In this document: one piece after another, positions 36,901-48,494 of the stretch
How positions within the stretch are numbered: the first letter of the stretch is position 1
How the letters are laid out: every line of letters starts with the position of its first letter
DNA from: Pocillopora damicornis
Lineage: Eukaryota
Assembly (NCBI RefSeq): GCF_003704095.1
Contig: NW_020847149.1
Coordinates: 186,001-250,000 of the forward strand
Reading direction: 5' to 3'
Length of the DNA stretch: 64,000 nt
Program-made: the position numbers and the translations under genes
The notes under the pieces: model-generated
Seen by the model: only the letters and a program-made list of their open reading frames with translations
Told to the model about the DNA's origin: nothing
Database searches by the model: none

Positions 36901-37132
36901 GTAAAAATGTCAAACCACCAACCGCCGCTCTTCTACCCAACTGGCCGTATGCTCCTCCCAGATTTTCCAGATGTCCGATCAGAACTACTACCATCCCACC
37001 GACTACTACACCCATCCCTACTAAGCCTGATACAGGAGGTAAAATATAAAGAATAGTCTCCATTTAGTGCAAAATTATGCAAGGATATATGTCTGGGGAC
37101 ATTATCTGTTCCGAGATGCGAAAACTGTGAGT

Positions 37133-37165
<33 letters not shown>

Positions 37166-38970
37166 ACGCGCATATTTTCGCGCAAACTTGAGACTATTAC
37201 GTTCATTATCCTTCAAATATTTTGCAACGCGCGTTACAAAATTTTTACAAAAAGCTTCCTGTTTCCTCTGTGGGATGTTTTCTTTTGAGCGTTCTCTGGT
37301 ATGACTTTGGAACAAACAAAAATTTCCCTTCTTTTGTAGCAACCACTAAACGCTCTATCATTTTGAGTTAAACTCTAAACGAAGACTTATTGATTGGGTG
37401 ATATCTTCGGATATCCGCTAGTTCTGGCTGTGAGATATTCGGTCACGTGATGCGTTTAAACCAATCGTGCGCGAGAAATAATATATGATGGATCATAAAT
37501 AATTATTATTCATAGCACGAGTATAACAGGCGCAGTTATGTTTCTTTACATAAGTAGGATTATTCTGAAACTAAGGGGAGTCAATTTTGTAGAAAGTGGC
37601 TCCTTTCCCGTCTAATCAATCCCACAGTTCATTTCCACTGACTTTTCACCTCATTAAGTGTTCATGACAGTCGATCCCTTGATGCCTTACGCTCCATTTA
37701 CGCATGCGATGTTCTTTTCTTTTTTGACTCAGTTAACGCAACACGCATTCATTTCAGTATAGGAAATGTGGCTGTCTCTTTACAGAAGCGTGCACAATTA
37801 ACTTCATGTTAAAGGAGACCTCAGAGTGACTTTCGAGTGGTGAACCCGTCTGATCATTATGTTCTCTTCTATTCCAGGTACATGGCCATTCAGAGATCAG
37901 TGCCTTTACTGGCACAATTACTTCCGGACCCTTCATGAGGTAAATAGACGTTTTGTTAAAGCGAATTTTCCAGGAAGAACGCAGTTAATAACATAAGGAC
38001 TAAAAACAATAAGAAACACGTTTGATCACTGTTATGTTGTAGTTTTACCGTACCTACAAAACGACACCAATTCGAAGTTATTTACTGTAATCCACTCAGA
38101 AGAAATAGCGCATTATATTTATCTTAACGGCATAAATATAGTAAGATAGATTTTGTTAACACCCGACTACAACGGGTTCTTAAATTTTGCCAATTTGTGT
38201 TTCAAATGTCTAAGGTTCCTTTCGTCACTTGGTCGCTGAGCCTTAAAAAAGAGGCGGAAAACTGGGTTAAGTATCTAGCAGACAACAACAAGCTTGAATT
38301 CAAGAATAATTCTGGGAACTTGTACTTGTCAACGGAAAAACCAAGAGAGTACTGTAGTCAAGCTATATGGTGGTTCCATGGCCAAGAGAGATATTACGAT
38401 TACAAAAATCCTCGTTACATCAAAGCAGCACGAAACTTTACGCAGGTGAGTCAAAAATAAAAAAGTTCAGTGGGCTTTGAATTGCATTTTTGTGATCCAC
38501 ACGTCTCCCTTTCCATGAAAAATAACCTTACTCTATAGAATATCGATAGTAAGTAGTTCAGCAGTCCACATTGTGTGTCGTAAAATTGTTTATAGCCTAA
38601 ATAGTGCACTCCTAACTCTTCTTTATCTGAATTTTAGCTTATTTGGAAAAGCACGAAACAAATTGGCGCCGCCTGGAAAATCCGTAAGGACGGAAAGCTT
38701 ATTGTGGCCGTCATGTACGACTCCGAAGGTGGGAACGACAAAGGTAATTTTGAAGGCAACGTTTTCCCTCCCTTTGCGGAAACTTTGGGTCCAGATTGGT
38801 TGCGGACTCCTCCTGAATCTTCGAGGTGTCCAAGAGAAAACATTGTGACACGTCCCACTAATGAGTCCATCATTTCAACAAGACCTCATGTGAGAGCAGC
38901 AGCGGAAAGACCTTGCATTAGCTTGGACCTCTTCATTACATTTGTCATACTTGCAACCTATTTCTGGTAA
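33977..38970 (+). CDS. CAP/SCP protein 2 with two tandem CAP domains, ~413 aa, probable GPI anchor
   Basis: Exons 33977-34046, 35541-35602, 35966-36199, 36789-37038, 37878-37939, 38215-38445 and 38638-38970; GT-AG introns, phase-consistent. Thr/Pro linker; hydrophobic C-terminus LFITFVILATYFW. Start could be ATG 33992. Confidence 0.82.
37047..37500 (-). mobile_element. Non-autonomous element with terminal hairpin and asymmetric inverted repeat, in CAP gene 2 intron 4
   Basis: Hairpin aatagtctccatttagtgcaaaattatgc(37052)...gcatattttcgcgcaaacttgagactatt(37198); ttatccttcaaatattt (37206) loosely inverted to aatatatgatggatcataa (about 37480-98); CCAAT motif near that end. Confidence 0.5.
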
Positions 38971-39605
38971 ACGGAAACTAATTCATTTGAATATTTGAAA
39001 CGTTTACTGATTGCCCTTTGAGACTTCAGTGTCTTCCAAGCACGAATCGCACTCTATCGTACGATACGGTTCTCCAAGTTTTGTGGTAGAGCAGTTCGTT
39101 TTTCGTAGAAGAGTACAAGCAGATTCAATATGCTGATTCCTGACTTGGAAATAGCGAGCTTTCTATTGTAAATATTAGATAATTTCCGATGAATATTTAG
39201 TTAACACTAAGTTATTTATTGAAAATTACACTGCATGTGAGAAGGACGAATGCGAGTAATAATATTGATGATGATTAGCCTCGGTGCAGGCATCTCCCAT
39301 TTTCCCCTATCATAAATGATTTCGTAAAGTAATTTTTACAACGTTATAATTAAAGCTATTAATATTTATCTGCGTTACACTACTCGATATACGGTAAAAA
39401 GGATTAATTTACCAGAGCTATAGTAAGGTTTCGTAACGAAACACTTTTGCATGAATCTGTATTAACGGATGACATAAGGACAATTATAAAAACTGGTCGG
39501 GGAGGTGGGGGTTTGTCCGTCCATTATTCCTTAAAATGAATTTCAATTAATCCATGAGAAGAGCAAAATTATCAAAAAATCACAGTTTCGGAATACCACC
39601 GGTGG

Positions 39606-39817
39606 TTAACCCTTCAACTCTTAAGATTTAATTGTTAATTCTCCCCTGTAGCTGCTCCACATTTCCTTGTAAATTAGTCACGAGAATTTGGTGTTAAATC
39701 AAGATCACAACTATTACCTGAAAAGTTTAAATATTCTCATTACATGTGTACTGGATAATGTATGGATACTATTGGGAGAAGTTACATGTTAATCACCTCT
39801 GGAAGTTAAAGGGTTGA
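39606..39817. mobile_element. TTAA MITE (piggyBac-type)
   Basis: ttaacccttcaactct ... ggaagttaaagggttga. Confidence 0.75.
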
Positions 39818-41023
39818 CGAAGTAACACGTTTTCAGTCAAAGCACAATCAGGTATGTTTTTCTTCAGCCGAATGTACATAAATATATAACGACTGTCGGA
39901 TGATGGGAGGATGATATCGAAAAACTAATATATGTACAAGTATGAAGTAATGCACAGAAATGATATGATAACGAACATTGATGATTACTTCAACCTACTT
40001 TGTAAATTATGTTAAAAACTCAAGCAATGAAATTAAAACTGTTTAAGTGTCTAAACTATGACGTGTGTGGGACTATGATTCTTACAACCACTCCATATAT
40101 GCCTCTTTTGCACAGACAGCTGAGAACGTTTGTTTAGTCTCAAAGAGTATGTACCCCTCTTTGTCTACTACGTGCACTGTGTGCATGTCATGTTTGGATG
40201 TGGAACAAACTGGGATAGCTGCTTTCCCTTCTCCTTCTTCTACTTTTCTACTAACTTCTTTCTAGATACCGATGTCTAAAAGTGTTGTAGAATATCGTAA
40301 GCGTGCAAGAAACTATAGCGTATCAGACTCAGTTGTTGAAATTTTGTGGAGGGTGTCCCGCTACAATTACCCAGTTCCCTGACTTCATTATAGACCTCAA
40401 CAAGTCAAGTCACACATCGGTTATCGGTCTTAACGCCTCACTACTACCCACTTACAGTGCTGTAGTTGTCTCAAGACTCCGTGTTTAGCCCAAATGCATT
40501 CTCCGACTTTGTAAACTGCTGAGTTTTTGTCACGTGGCCATCTTCCTCCCCTTTGCATTTTGATGTAGAGAAATATGCATCACTACAACTTTTTCAAGGT
40601 ACTTAGCACCTTTGCTTATGAAGGAGGGAGCAGTGAAGTTATCTCAAAGAACTAATACCATTTGATTACAGAGCAAGCAGAACTTGCTGCATCGTGTACT
40701 TTGCTACATTTTTTTACATTATAATCAACTGGATATGACTACGCTGGAAAAAATGTGGGCGTGATTATAATCAATGGTCGCATCAGTTTCTAAAAGTCAA
40801 AAGCTCAGCAAGTACTTTTGACAACAACTCAGTGTCAACATTGAAACAAATTGACAAAACATAATTAAAGCAACTTTAACAAAAGCTTTCGAAAACGGGC
40901 GTGTGTAAACTAACAAATCAGTTATAAGATTTTGAGTTACTCAGTTTCCACACGTCTCGAATATAACTTACTGAGAACAGAGATAGGAACATAGATTTCT
41001 GCGCAGGGTAATAACTACATATA

Positions 41024-43571
41024 ATGGTAACGTCGAGTAGTGGTTTTGGTTTTCTTTGTAGTCTGGTGATATCTTCGTCAGTGTTTACGAATGTAGGTGA
41101 GTAATACAACACATTCACATCATGCAGATCAGTTCACAGGATTACATTTTATTAAAGTAGCTTGGCGACACCGTTGAGAGGTCTCCAGGAATGTGTCAAT
41201 AATGCGAGGAACAGAACAGTTGACTGTATTAAGTCAGCATTAAGGCTAGAAATCTAATTGTAAAAGTATACTAGCCTGTAGCTATATTATTTAAGGTTTT
41301 TTTTTTTAAATATGCATTTTTTTTTCATCTTAATTAGTGGGACATTCGTAGCATGGTGCGTCAGCGCTTTTGTTTGTCTCCTTTTCCAAAATGTTTCTTT
41401 AATGTAGTGATAAATTTAATTCAGTTTAGTGTCTTTTTTTGTAATCTAGTGGAGTGAATCTAATATAAATAAAATACTCTGGATTGATTTAGTTCTCAGG
41501 TATCTATAGTGTCGGCTTGGATATAAAAACTAACTGAACAAAATATTTGCATCACTGTTTTCGATCCATCGAAGATTATTTCGTAATTTGCATTTTTATC
41601 ATTACTAGTTTGACTCAACACAAAGAAAGTAATCTTAAAAAGAGTAAACAAGCTCAGATTATGTCCCATAAGTTGACTTTCTAATCAAATGTTTTGACAT
41701 GTAATCAACTCTTACTTTCGCACAGGCAAATAACTCCAAAATATTGCCTAAATTGTCCTTTTTTCAAGAACATTTAGAAGCTTCATGAGAGGATGCGAGA
41801 GACATTTATGTTCTTTCTTCAATTTGATGAATTTAGTTACATCCAAACACCAGAATTGATAAAGGATCACATTCCTCAGTTGCCAAAGGAAGTTAGAGAG
41901 ACTCATTTAGAAAATATTTTGACTGGTTTGACACCGTACCTTCTTTAAGAGGACGCGCGTGCCACACTTTATTTTATTTTTTTGTTTTTTTTTTCTTGAA
42001 TCAATCAGTTAGTGTCTCGATCAATGACAATCTTTTTTGTTCATCCAATTTATACACAGGCTCTTTAAACTGCAGACAACAGTCGTTGTTATGGCATAAT
42101 TACTACAGAGGAATTCACCAGGTTAGTGCGGCTATTCAGAGGTAGGGTTTCTGTATTAGACATGGTTTGAAGCTACTCTGGTTTATGTATTTAATGAATG
42201 TAACCGAAGAAGTTACAATTCATAGACCCAACGTTTCGACACTCCTGTCTAGTGCCTTCATCAGGGGTGATCTAAACGCTGCAACAAGAGGTCCTTTTAT
42301 ACGATCACTAATTAGCTGCCTTTTTTCTGATTATTTGCCAATTACCATCACCAATTAGTGATTGTATAAAAGTGGGGAACAAATGTTCCACTACCAATCT
42401 TTTACATGGTCCTAACATCAGTATAAATTTTCTCCGGCTGTACTGTTCACTTTACGTTTTCTTAAGGTGTTGAAAAAGAAAATTTGTTCAACAATCAAGA
42501 GTTTTTTCAATTGCCTTCATTTCCTTTATTCTTGTGACCTAAGAATGATTAGTTACTATTTTCTCTTATCAGCATCACCCCTAAAACAAACATCGAGGTC
42601 ATGAGAATAAAGGAAATGATCACAAACTAAGGAATCTCTTGATTGTTAAACAAATTCTCTTTGTCAGCACTATAGGAAATGCATAGAGAACAGTATGGAG
42701 AGAATGTATACTGATGTTAGGGTGTAAAAGGGTTAATGCGTGATTGGGGGGTGATATTGTGAGGAGAAATTAGATGCTGGTCACTCTTGGGGGTTAAAGG
42801 GTTGGAGGCTAGGCTACCTCCACCTAATCTCAATCGTTGGCTTTACTGACGCATTTCTGATTTTTTCCCGTTAGGTTCCTAATGTCTCGTGGTCATGGGG
42901 TTTAAGGAAAAAGGCTAAAGACTGGGCGGATTATTTAGCTGAAGAAAATTTATTCATTCACGAAAAAAAGGATCCAGGAAATCTTTACTTGTCTCCAGGA
43001 AAACCTGCCGAGCCCTGTGCCGCTGCGGTGAAAGCATTTTACACTGAGGAGAAATTGTACGATTACAGGAAACCGGAGCAGTTTAAGGGCGCTGGACACT
43101 TCACTCAGGTAAAATAAACCATTCATGCAAGAGTTTTTTAGGCGGTTTCCCCTCAATTGTGGCTCTACGATACATATCTCACGGCTGGAAGTAATACAGT
43201 ATTGTTTTTCTCCTCTTTCTTAGGTTGTTTGGAAAAATACAAAGTACATTGGCGCTTTCTACAAAACTAGACGTGATGGCAAAACGGTCGTGGTTGTAAA
43301 ATATTCTCCCGGTGGTAACGTACGAGGTTACTTTGCTAAGAATGTCTTCCCTCCAAGAAAACCAGTAATTGTGACAAGCACTAAGCCATTTACTACCGTG
43401 ACAACAGACAATCCCACATCAGCTGGTAACACAACATATAGAAATCTCACCACACTGGAATCTAAACGAGGAGTTATAGCCGGTGCTACAAATCTCAGAA
43501 AATGGATAGGGATGCACTTCGCATTTGAGTGCTTTTTTGGGGGGTTTCTGATTTCCTTGGTAGATATCTAA
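41024..43571 (+). CDS. CAP/SCP protein 3, ~238 aa, probable GPI anchor
   Basis: Exons 41024-41096 (weak signal peptide, gtgagt donor; least certain), 42060-42121 (WHNYYRGIHQ), 42875-43108 (...AGHFTQ) and 43224-43571 (VVWKNT...YSPGGN, Thr-rich stalk, hydrophobic tail). Confidence 0.82.
42226..42268 (-). ncRNA. Minimal type I hammerhead ribozyme motif in a Penelope-like repeat fragment (about 42165-42375)
   Basis: Minus strand accc-CTGATGA-a-GGCACT-agacagg-AGTGTC-GAAAC-GTT-gggt: core boxes intact, 6-bp stem II, accc/gggt stem I, palindromic AACGTT stem III. Confidence 0.75.
42398..42803. mobile_element. Two nested TTAA MITEs of one family in opposite orientations
   Basis: Outer copy matches 18381-18583 but is split at gtgacct|taatg by a reversed copy (about 42540-42736) ending agggttaa. 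Confidence 0.7.
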
Positions 43572-43831
43572 GGGTGAATATGACAACGGATAATGATAGA
43601 AAGAAGGAGGTGTGTTAGGCCCTAGGGGTAATGGTATACTACGAAAATGATTATCTGAGCACTGAATTGTTAAATAAATCTTAAAATATTCCATTCCTGG
43701 TCCAAAGACGTAAAATTATAAACCATAAATAGTACAATAGTATACTAAACACGTTTGGCCAACACTGAAGATTAGTAGAGGAAGCATAATGATCAAGATA
43801 GCATAAAACAGAATTTGTGCGAGTTTTTCAG

Positions 43832-43835
<4 letters not shown>

Positions 43836-43862
<27 letters not shown>
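43836..43862. repeat. (AT)n microsatellite
   Basis: atatatatat... read directly. Confidence 0.9.
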
Positions 43863-43865
<3 letters not shown>

Positions 43866-44023
43866 CTAATGTAACTTTCACAGGTAAAAATCTTCGATAT
43901 AACTTTTCAGTAGACACTAGTACATAATCCATTTGTTTGAGTTAGGTATCAAAATAAAAACAGTGATTTTTTTTTAACTTTAATTAAATTGTCGCTACAT
44001 GGTCTGTGTTGTCAGCGAAGATA

Positions 44024-47000
44024 TCATTCGGTTTGATTTGCTTTGTGGTATCGTTGTGGTTTTCCAGGATTTCGGCCATTGTCTATATCGTACACCGCCT
44101 CTATTCTTGCAACTGTACAATCTAATCGTTTTAAAACGTGTTCTTGTTCTTGAAAACGATCGATTCGGTTGCGCTCGTCGACTATCAATGCATTCGATCT
44201 GGTCAATTCCTCCAGGTTTGAAGTAAGCAAAGAAAGAGAACGTCTTATCTCTGAATGAGAGCGCTTGAGCATGTCTAAATCATCCAAAACTGAATCGAAC
44301 TCACTTCGTTCCAGTTTACCAAACTTCTTTCCTCCGAAGCGTTTACTCACAATGTTATGAATTTCAGATACTTTCTCATCCTGTCTCCGGCTCTGTTCTT
44401 CTTCTTCCGAGAAAACTGCAATATAATCATTTTCTTCGGGACTGTAGTTCTCTCTTATATATTCTCTGTAGCGCTTAAGCTTATTCTCTGAAGTGTCTAA
44501 CTCCAGATCTTGAAGAAGTCGAGCCCGCTGTATGGCAGCTGTCGCGCGTGCGTTGTCATAAACCCGTTGGAAAGTGTTGGACAAAAGTGCGATGTATAGA
44601 TTCATCAGAACAATGGCGGATATAATTATAAAAGAACCACAAAGAACGCGTGCCATATAGGGGGCAGCCTTCTCTAGCTGAGCGAAATTATAGTCATCTA
44701 ACAAAGGCATGCGGAGCATGGTGAAAATTAAACTTGTTGTGTCGTTATATCCTTTGACGGGGGTTTGTGAATTCTGACCGTACATAATCCAGAAGGCGGC
44801 CCCATATGGAATATAAATCATCATTATCACGAGCAACCATTTGGCACTGTCCTTGACAATGTGGTCAAGCATCACAACAAACGGCCCCTGGTTGGGAAAT
44901 GGACGGGCGTATTTGAGCAAACGAACCCACACGGGGATCACACTGCAAGACAAGATACGAATGAAGACATCATGGTAGAGATTGTTCTCGACAAAGACAC
45001 TGCTCATGTGTAGAATGGTAACGACTACAAGCATGGCATAGGTAATAATGTCTACAAAATTCCAAGCGTCTGAGAAATAATTGTTCCCCTTATCCTGCTT
45101 GATTCTTTTAAGTTCTTGCTCTACAAAGTTTCTTTCCTGAGGCCACCTGGGATGACAGAATGCAAAGTCGCGCTCCACCTCCTTTCTTCTCCACTTCATC
45201 AATTTCTTAGATTGCTTCTTGGATCGGTAGTATTCCTTCCCTTCCTTTCTGATTTCATTAAGCGTTATGGCAAGAAAAACTATCGCGATCACTATCTTCC
45301 ACCAATTCTTACTCAGAGGAATGTAAAAGTTGTCCACATTTTGGGGTACTGAACACGCCAATATTGTGTATAGTATAGCCATCAACACGTTTGGTAGAAT
45401 ATCTAACCAAGCTTCGGCTCGAAAATATCTCCATTTTACATCGATGAGGCGTTGAAAGATGGGATGCATTATAAGTTCAAGACAGTTCGATTGCGAAACA
45501 GCTTGTAAGGGGGAGGGGGCGAAGGCATTGCACCCCTTGGGGGAGTGGCAACTTTCCAGGAAATTCAAATAAAAATGTTGCTTTCGATGAATTCTGTCGA
45601 CTGAGTGGAACTGGTCTAGAGCTTTGTAAGCCTGTAAGTAATACGCAAGATAAATTTTTTTCAGTGGGAGTTTGCTTTGCACCCTGCCAACAATGTCCAG
45701 GGAAATCCTTGATTTTTTTTTTTTTTTTTCGAATTCAATACAGAACGAATTTGAAGGACTCATCGTTTGATACGAGTTCTTGGGCGTCTGCAGCATGGAT
45801 TGAGTCGCATGGATGAAATTGCTGAGAGCCATTTTGGTACTGTAGAATATCATTTAATAGTAAAGCACACAACTTACCACAACAGGCATCTGAGAAATAA
45901 GTAGCGAAAGGGCTGACAATCCACTATCGTCCTTGACGCCGGCCGAGGCTCCCTCATCCAGAAGCGTCCGCGTTGCCTCGGCACTATTGTATTCAGCAGC
46001 AACCTACAGACAAGACAACAATTGGGGTTTCTCTCGTAAATGAAGTAACAACTGATAACAATAAAAAAAAAAAAAACGTTCGACAGCGGACCTGTTGATA
46101 GCACCAAGCAAGTTTCCCCAAAGTTCCCTCCATTTGTTAAAAACCGAATGGTCGTAAGAGAACTCAATTCTATGCAAAAAGCTCCAGAGAAACGCACTGT
46201 TGTCAAATTGATAGTAAAAAGTTTGAGGCATCACTGATGGAAAGCAACCAAAAATTGTCTCCTTGACTGCCCTATCTCTCAAACTGTGGTTATTTTATGA
46301 GGAACACCAGCCATGTATTTAAATGACTATAAGAGGCAAAAGGATTTAGAGAATTAGTGGACGACTTGGTGCGTATCAGTAAAAGCTGAATTCATTCAAC
46401 GTTTTTCCACAGACACAGCACTTTCAACTTTTTCCACAGACGCATCTTGCTCATGCATTTTCAGAAGTCTTGGTTACGCGACTAAAGTAATGTCAGTTAT
46501 GGTAGGAAAAAAAGAAAGAAAACTACCAAAAAAAACACCATAATACACGAGAATAAGGCACCGGTCCATTAATTATCACCTGGGGGGAGCGGGGTTATTT
46601 CAGTCACAATAAAATTGACCTGAACCTGTAGTATTCTAATGATCCCCCTAATTGGCATTCAATTTTCCATAGTACCCTCTTCGCACTCTGTTTATAGCAG
46701 CGATTGCACCCCCTCCCCCTGCTAAGTTTCCCCTTAAAAACCATGTGATCCGCCCAAAATAGTCCAACCCTCTCCTTCCTCTTCAGGCCTAAACGTCCAT
46801 TTTTGAAGTAACAAAATGTCGAGCCAATAAGCTCTAGATATATAAGTATTCAACAAACCTGCAGGGGAGTACGGAGTTTGTAGTCTCTAGCATCGATATC
46901 AGCTCCACAAACGAGCAGAATCTTAACGCACTGATTAGCCTCATTCTTCGCGGCATAATGCAACGGAGTCTGGTCCTCACCTGCAGTCTTTATGTGAAGA

Positions 47001-48494
47001 TCAGCACCATTATCGATAAGAAATCTGACCATTTCAGAATAATCAGCCGAGGCTGCCACGTGTAAAGGTGTTCTACCATAGTCATCGGCTTTGTTGATGT
47101 CAGCCCCTGTGAACGGACACTAATTTGTTACTGACTGAGAAAAGAACTATAAAAAAAAACCAAGCAGTCTTTAGAGTATCAAAACAAGGAGCGTGTATCA
47201 CAGCCCCAATGCGCATACATGAGCCGCTTGGAGGTGCAAGTGCGTGCCACTGACGCAGAGTAGAATGAAATTATATCAGATGAGACTCAATCAGTACGTT
47301 TGCGATGTTTCCCTTGCTGGAAAATTACAGCTTTCTTTGTTCAAGTTTACCGAGTAGTTTTATCACAAAGGTAATATAAATGTACAGTTAGCATTTAGGT
47401 TACTTTCTCATTACCTGATAAGAAAATTCCATTAAATAGTGAGAAAGAAAGAACAAAAGAAAACGCCGATGATTGAGAGAACCAGAAGTGTTTTAGACTT
47501 TAAATTGTGTTCTTCATCCGGTATTACCGATAAGTTGGATTTACAAGCGCCACTCTAATCCTTATTGATCTTCGGTATGAGTGACCTTTTGACCCTGCCA
47601 GAAGAGCATTCTAGTGTACTTGTCCATTCTAGTGATCAATATGGACAAATGTGAAGAGGTCAACACAAAATTTATACCCACACACAAACAGTATCTACCT
47701 TGCTCGATGAAAAACTGCGCCACGTCAATTCCCCAAGTCTTGGACACCTCGTGAAGTAAGGTCTGACCAAATCTGTCACACGTGTTCACGGATGCTCCTT
47801 CGCGTATCAAGGACTTAATGTACTCCAAGTCCAAGGAATCTTCTAAATTAGGAGAGCTCGATAGCTTAGCAACATATTTTAGCAAACCTTGGTTCGGGTC
47901 TTGTAAACTCGAACAGCGACTGCGAACGGAAACGCTCGACTGAGCAGTCACGGCATCATCTTCAACAACATGCAGCGTCGATCCTTCAATGGATTCAGTC
48001 TCCTGATCTTCTGTTTCCATATGTAAAATAGTGTAGGAACGCACGCTCTTCTTCCTACTTCTACGTTTTTCACGTTGAAGCATTCTCTCGTAGCTCGTCA
48101 TATTTTCGTTCCTCCGTCTTGTCGTAGCGGGACTAAACGCGATTTCTGTGCAAGTGCGGACAACTGGAAGGCTTCCTGTGTCGACTTCAGATGAAGTGTC
48201 AACATGCCTCGTGATATCCGCACTACTATTCTTCAGCTCGAGAATTTCAGTATCATTTGTTTGTGGGAGTTGTGCTACAAGAGGAGCTATGGGAGGAAGT
48301 CGCCGGCTGCGCGAATTTTTCACTTCAACTTTCTCCCTGTCTTGTGTATTCCTTACTGTAGAATTCGATCGTGGAGATTCAAGAGCGAATGTATTGTCAA
48401 ATGTTTTCTTTTCATTCGGCGCCTCCACTTGAGCGGGTGCTACTTTCTTTCTCTTCTTTCCTCGTTTCACATACTCTTTTGCCGTCTTATTCAT
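44024..48494 (-). CDS. Ankyrin-repeat TRP cation channel (TRPA/TRPV-like, possibly TRPVL), ~925 aa, 4 exons
   Basis: Exons 48494-47699, 47106-46859, 46003-45878 and 45631-44024, phase-consistent. Ankyrin repeats (GQTLLH, GRTPLHVAA, QTPLHYAA, RTPLQVAA); six TM segments; S6 IVLMNLYIALLSNTFQRVYDNA; C-terminal coiled-coil-like region. Confidence 0.9.
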
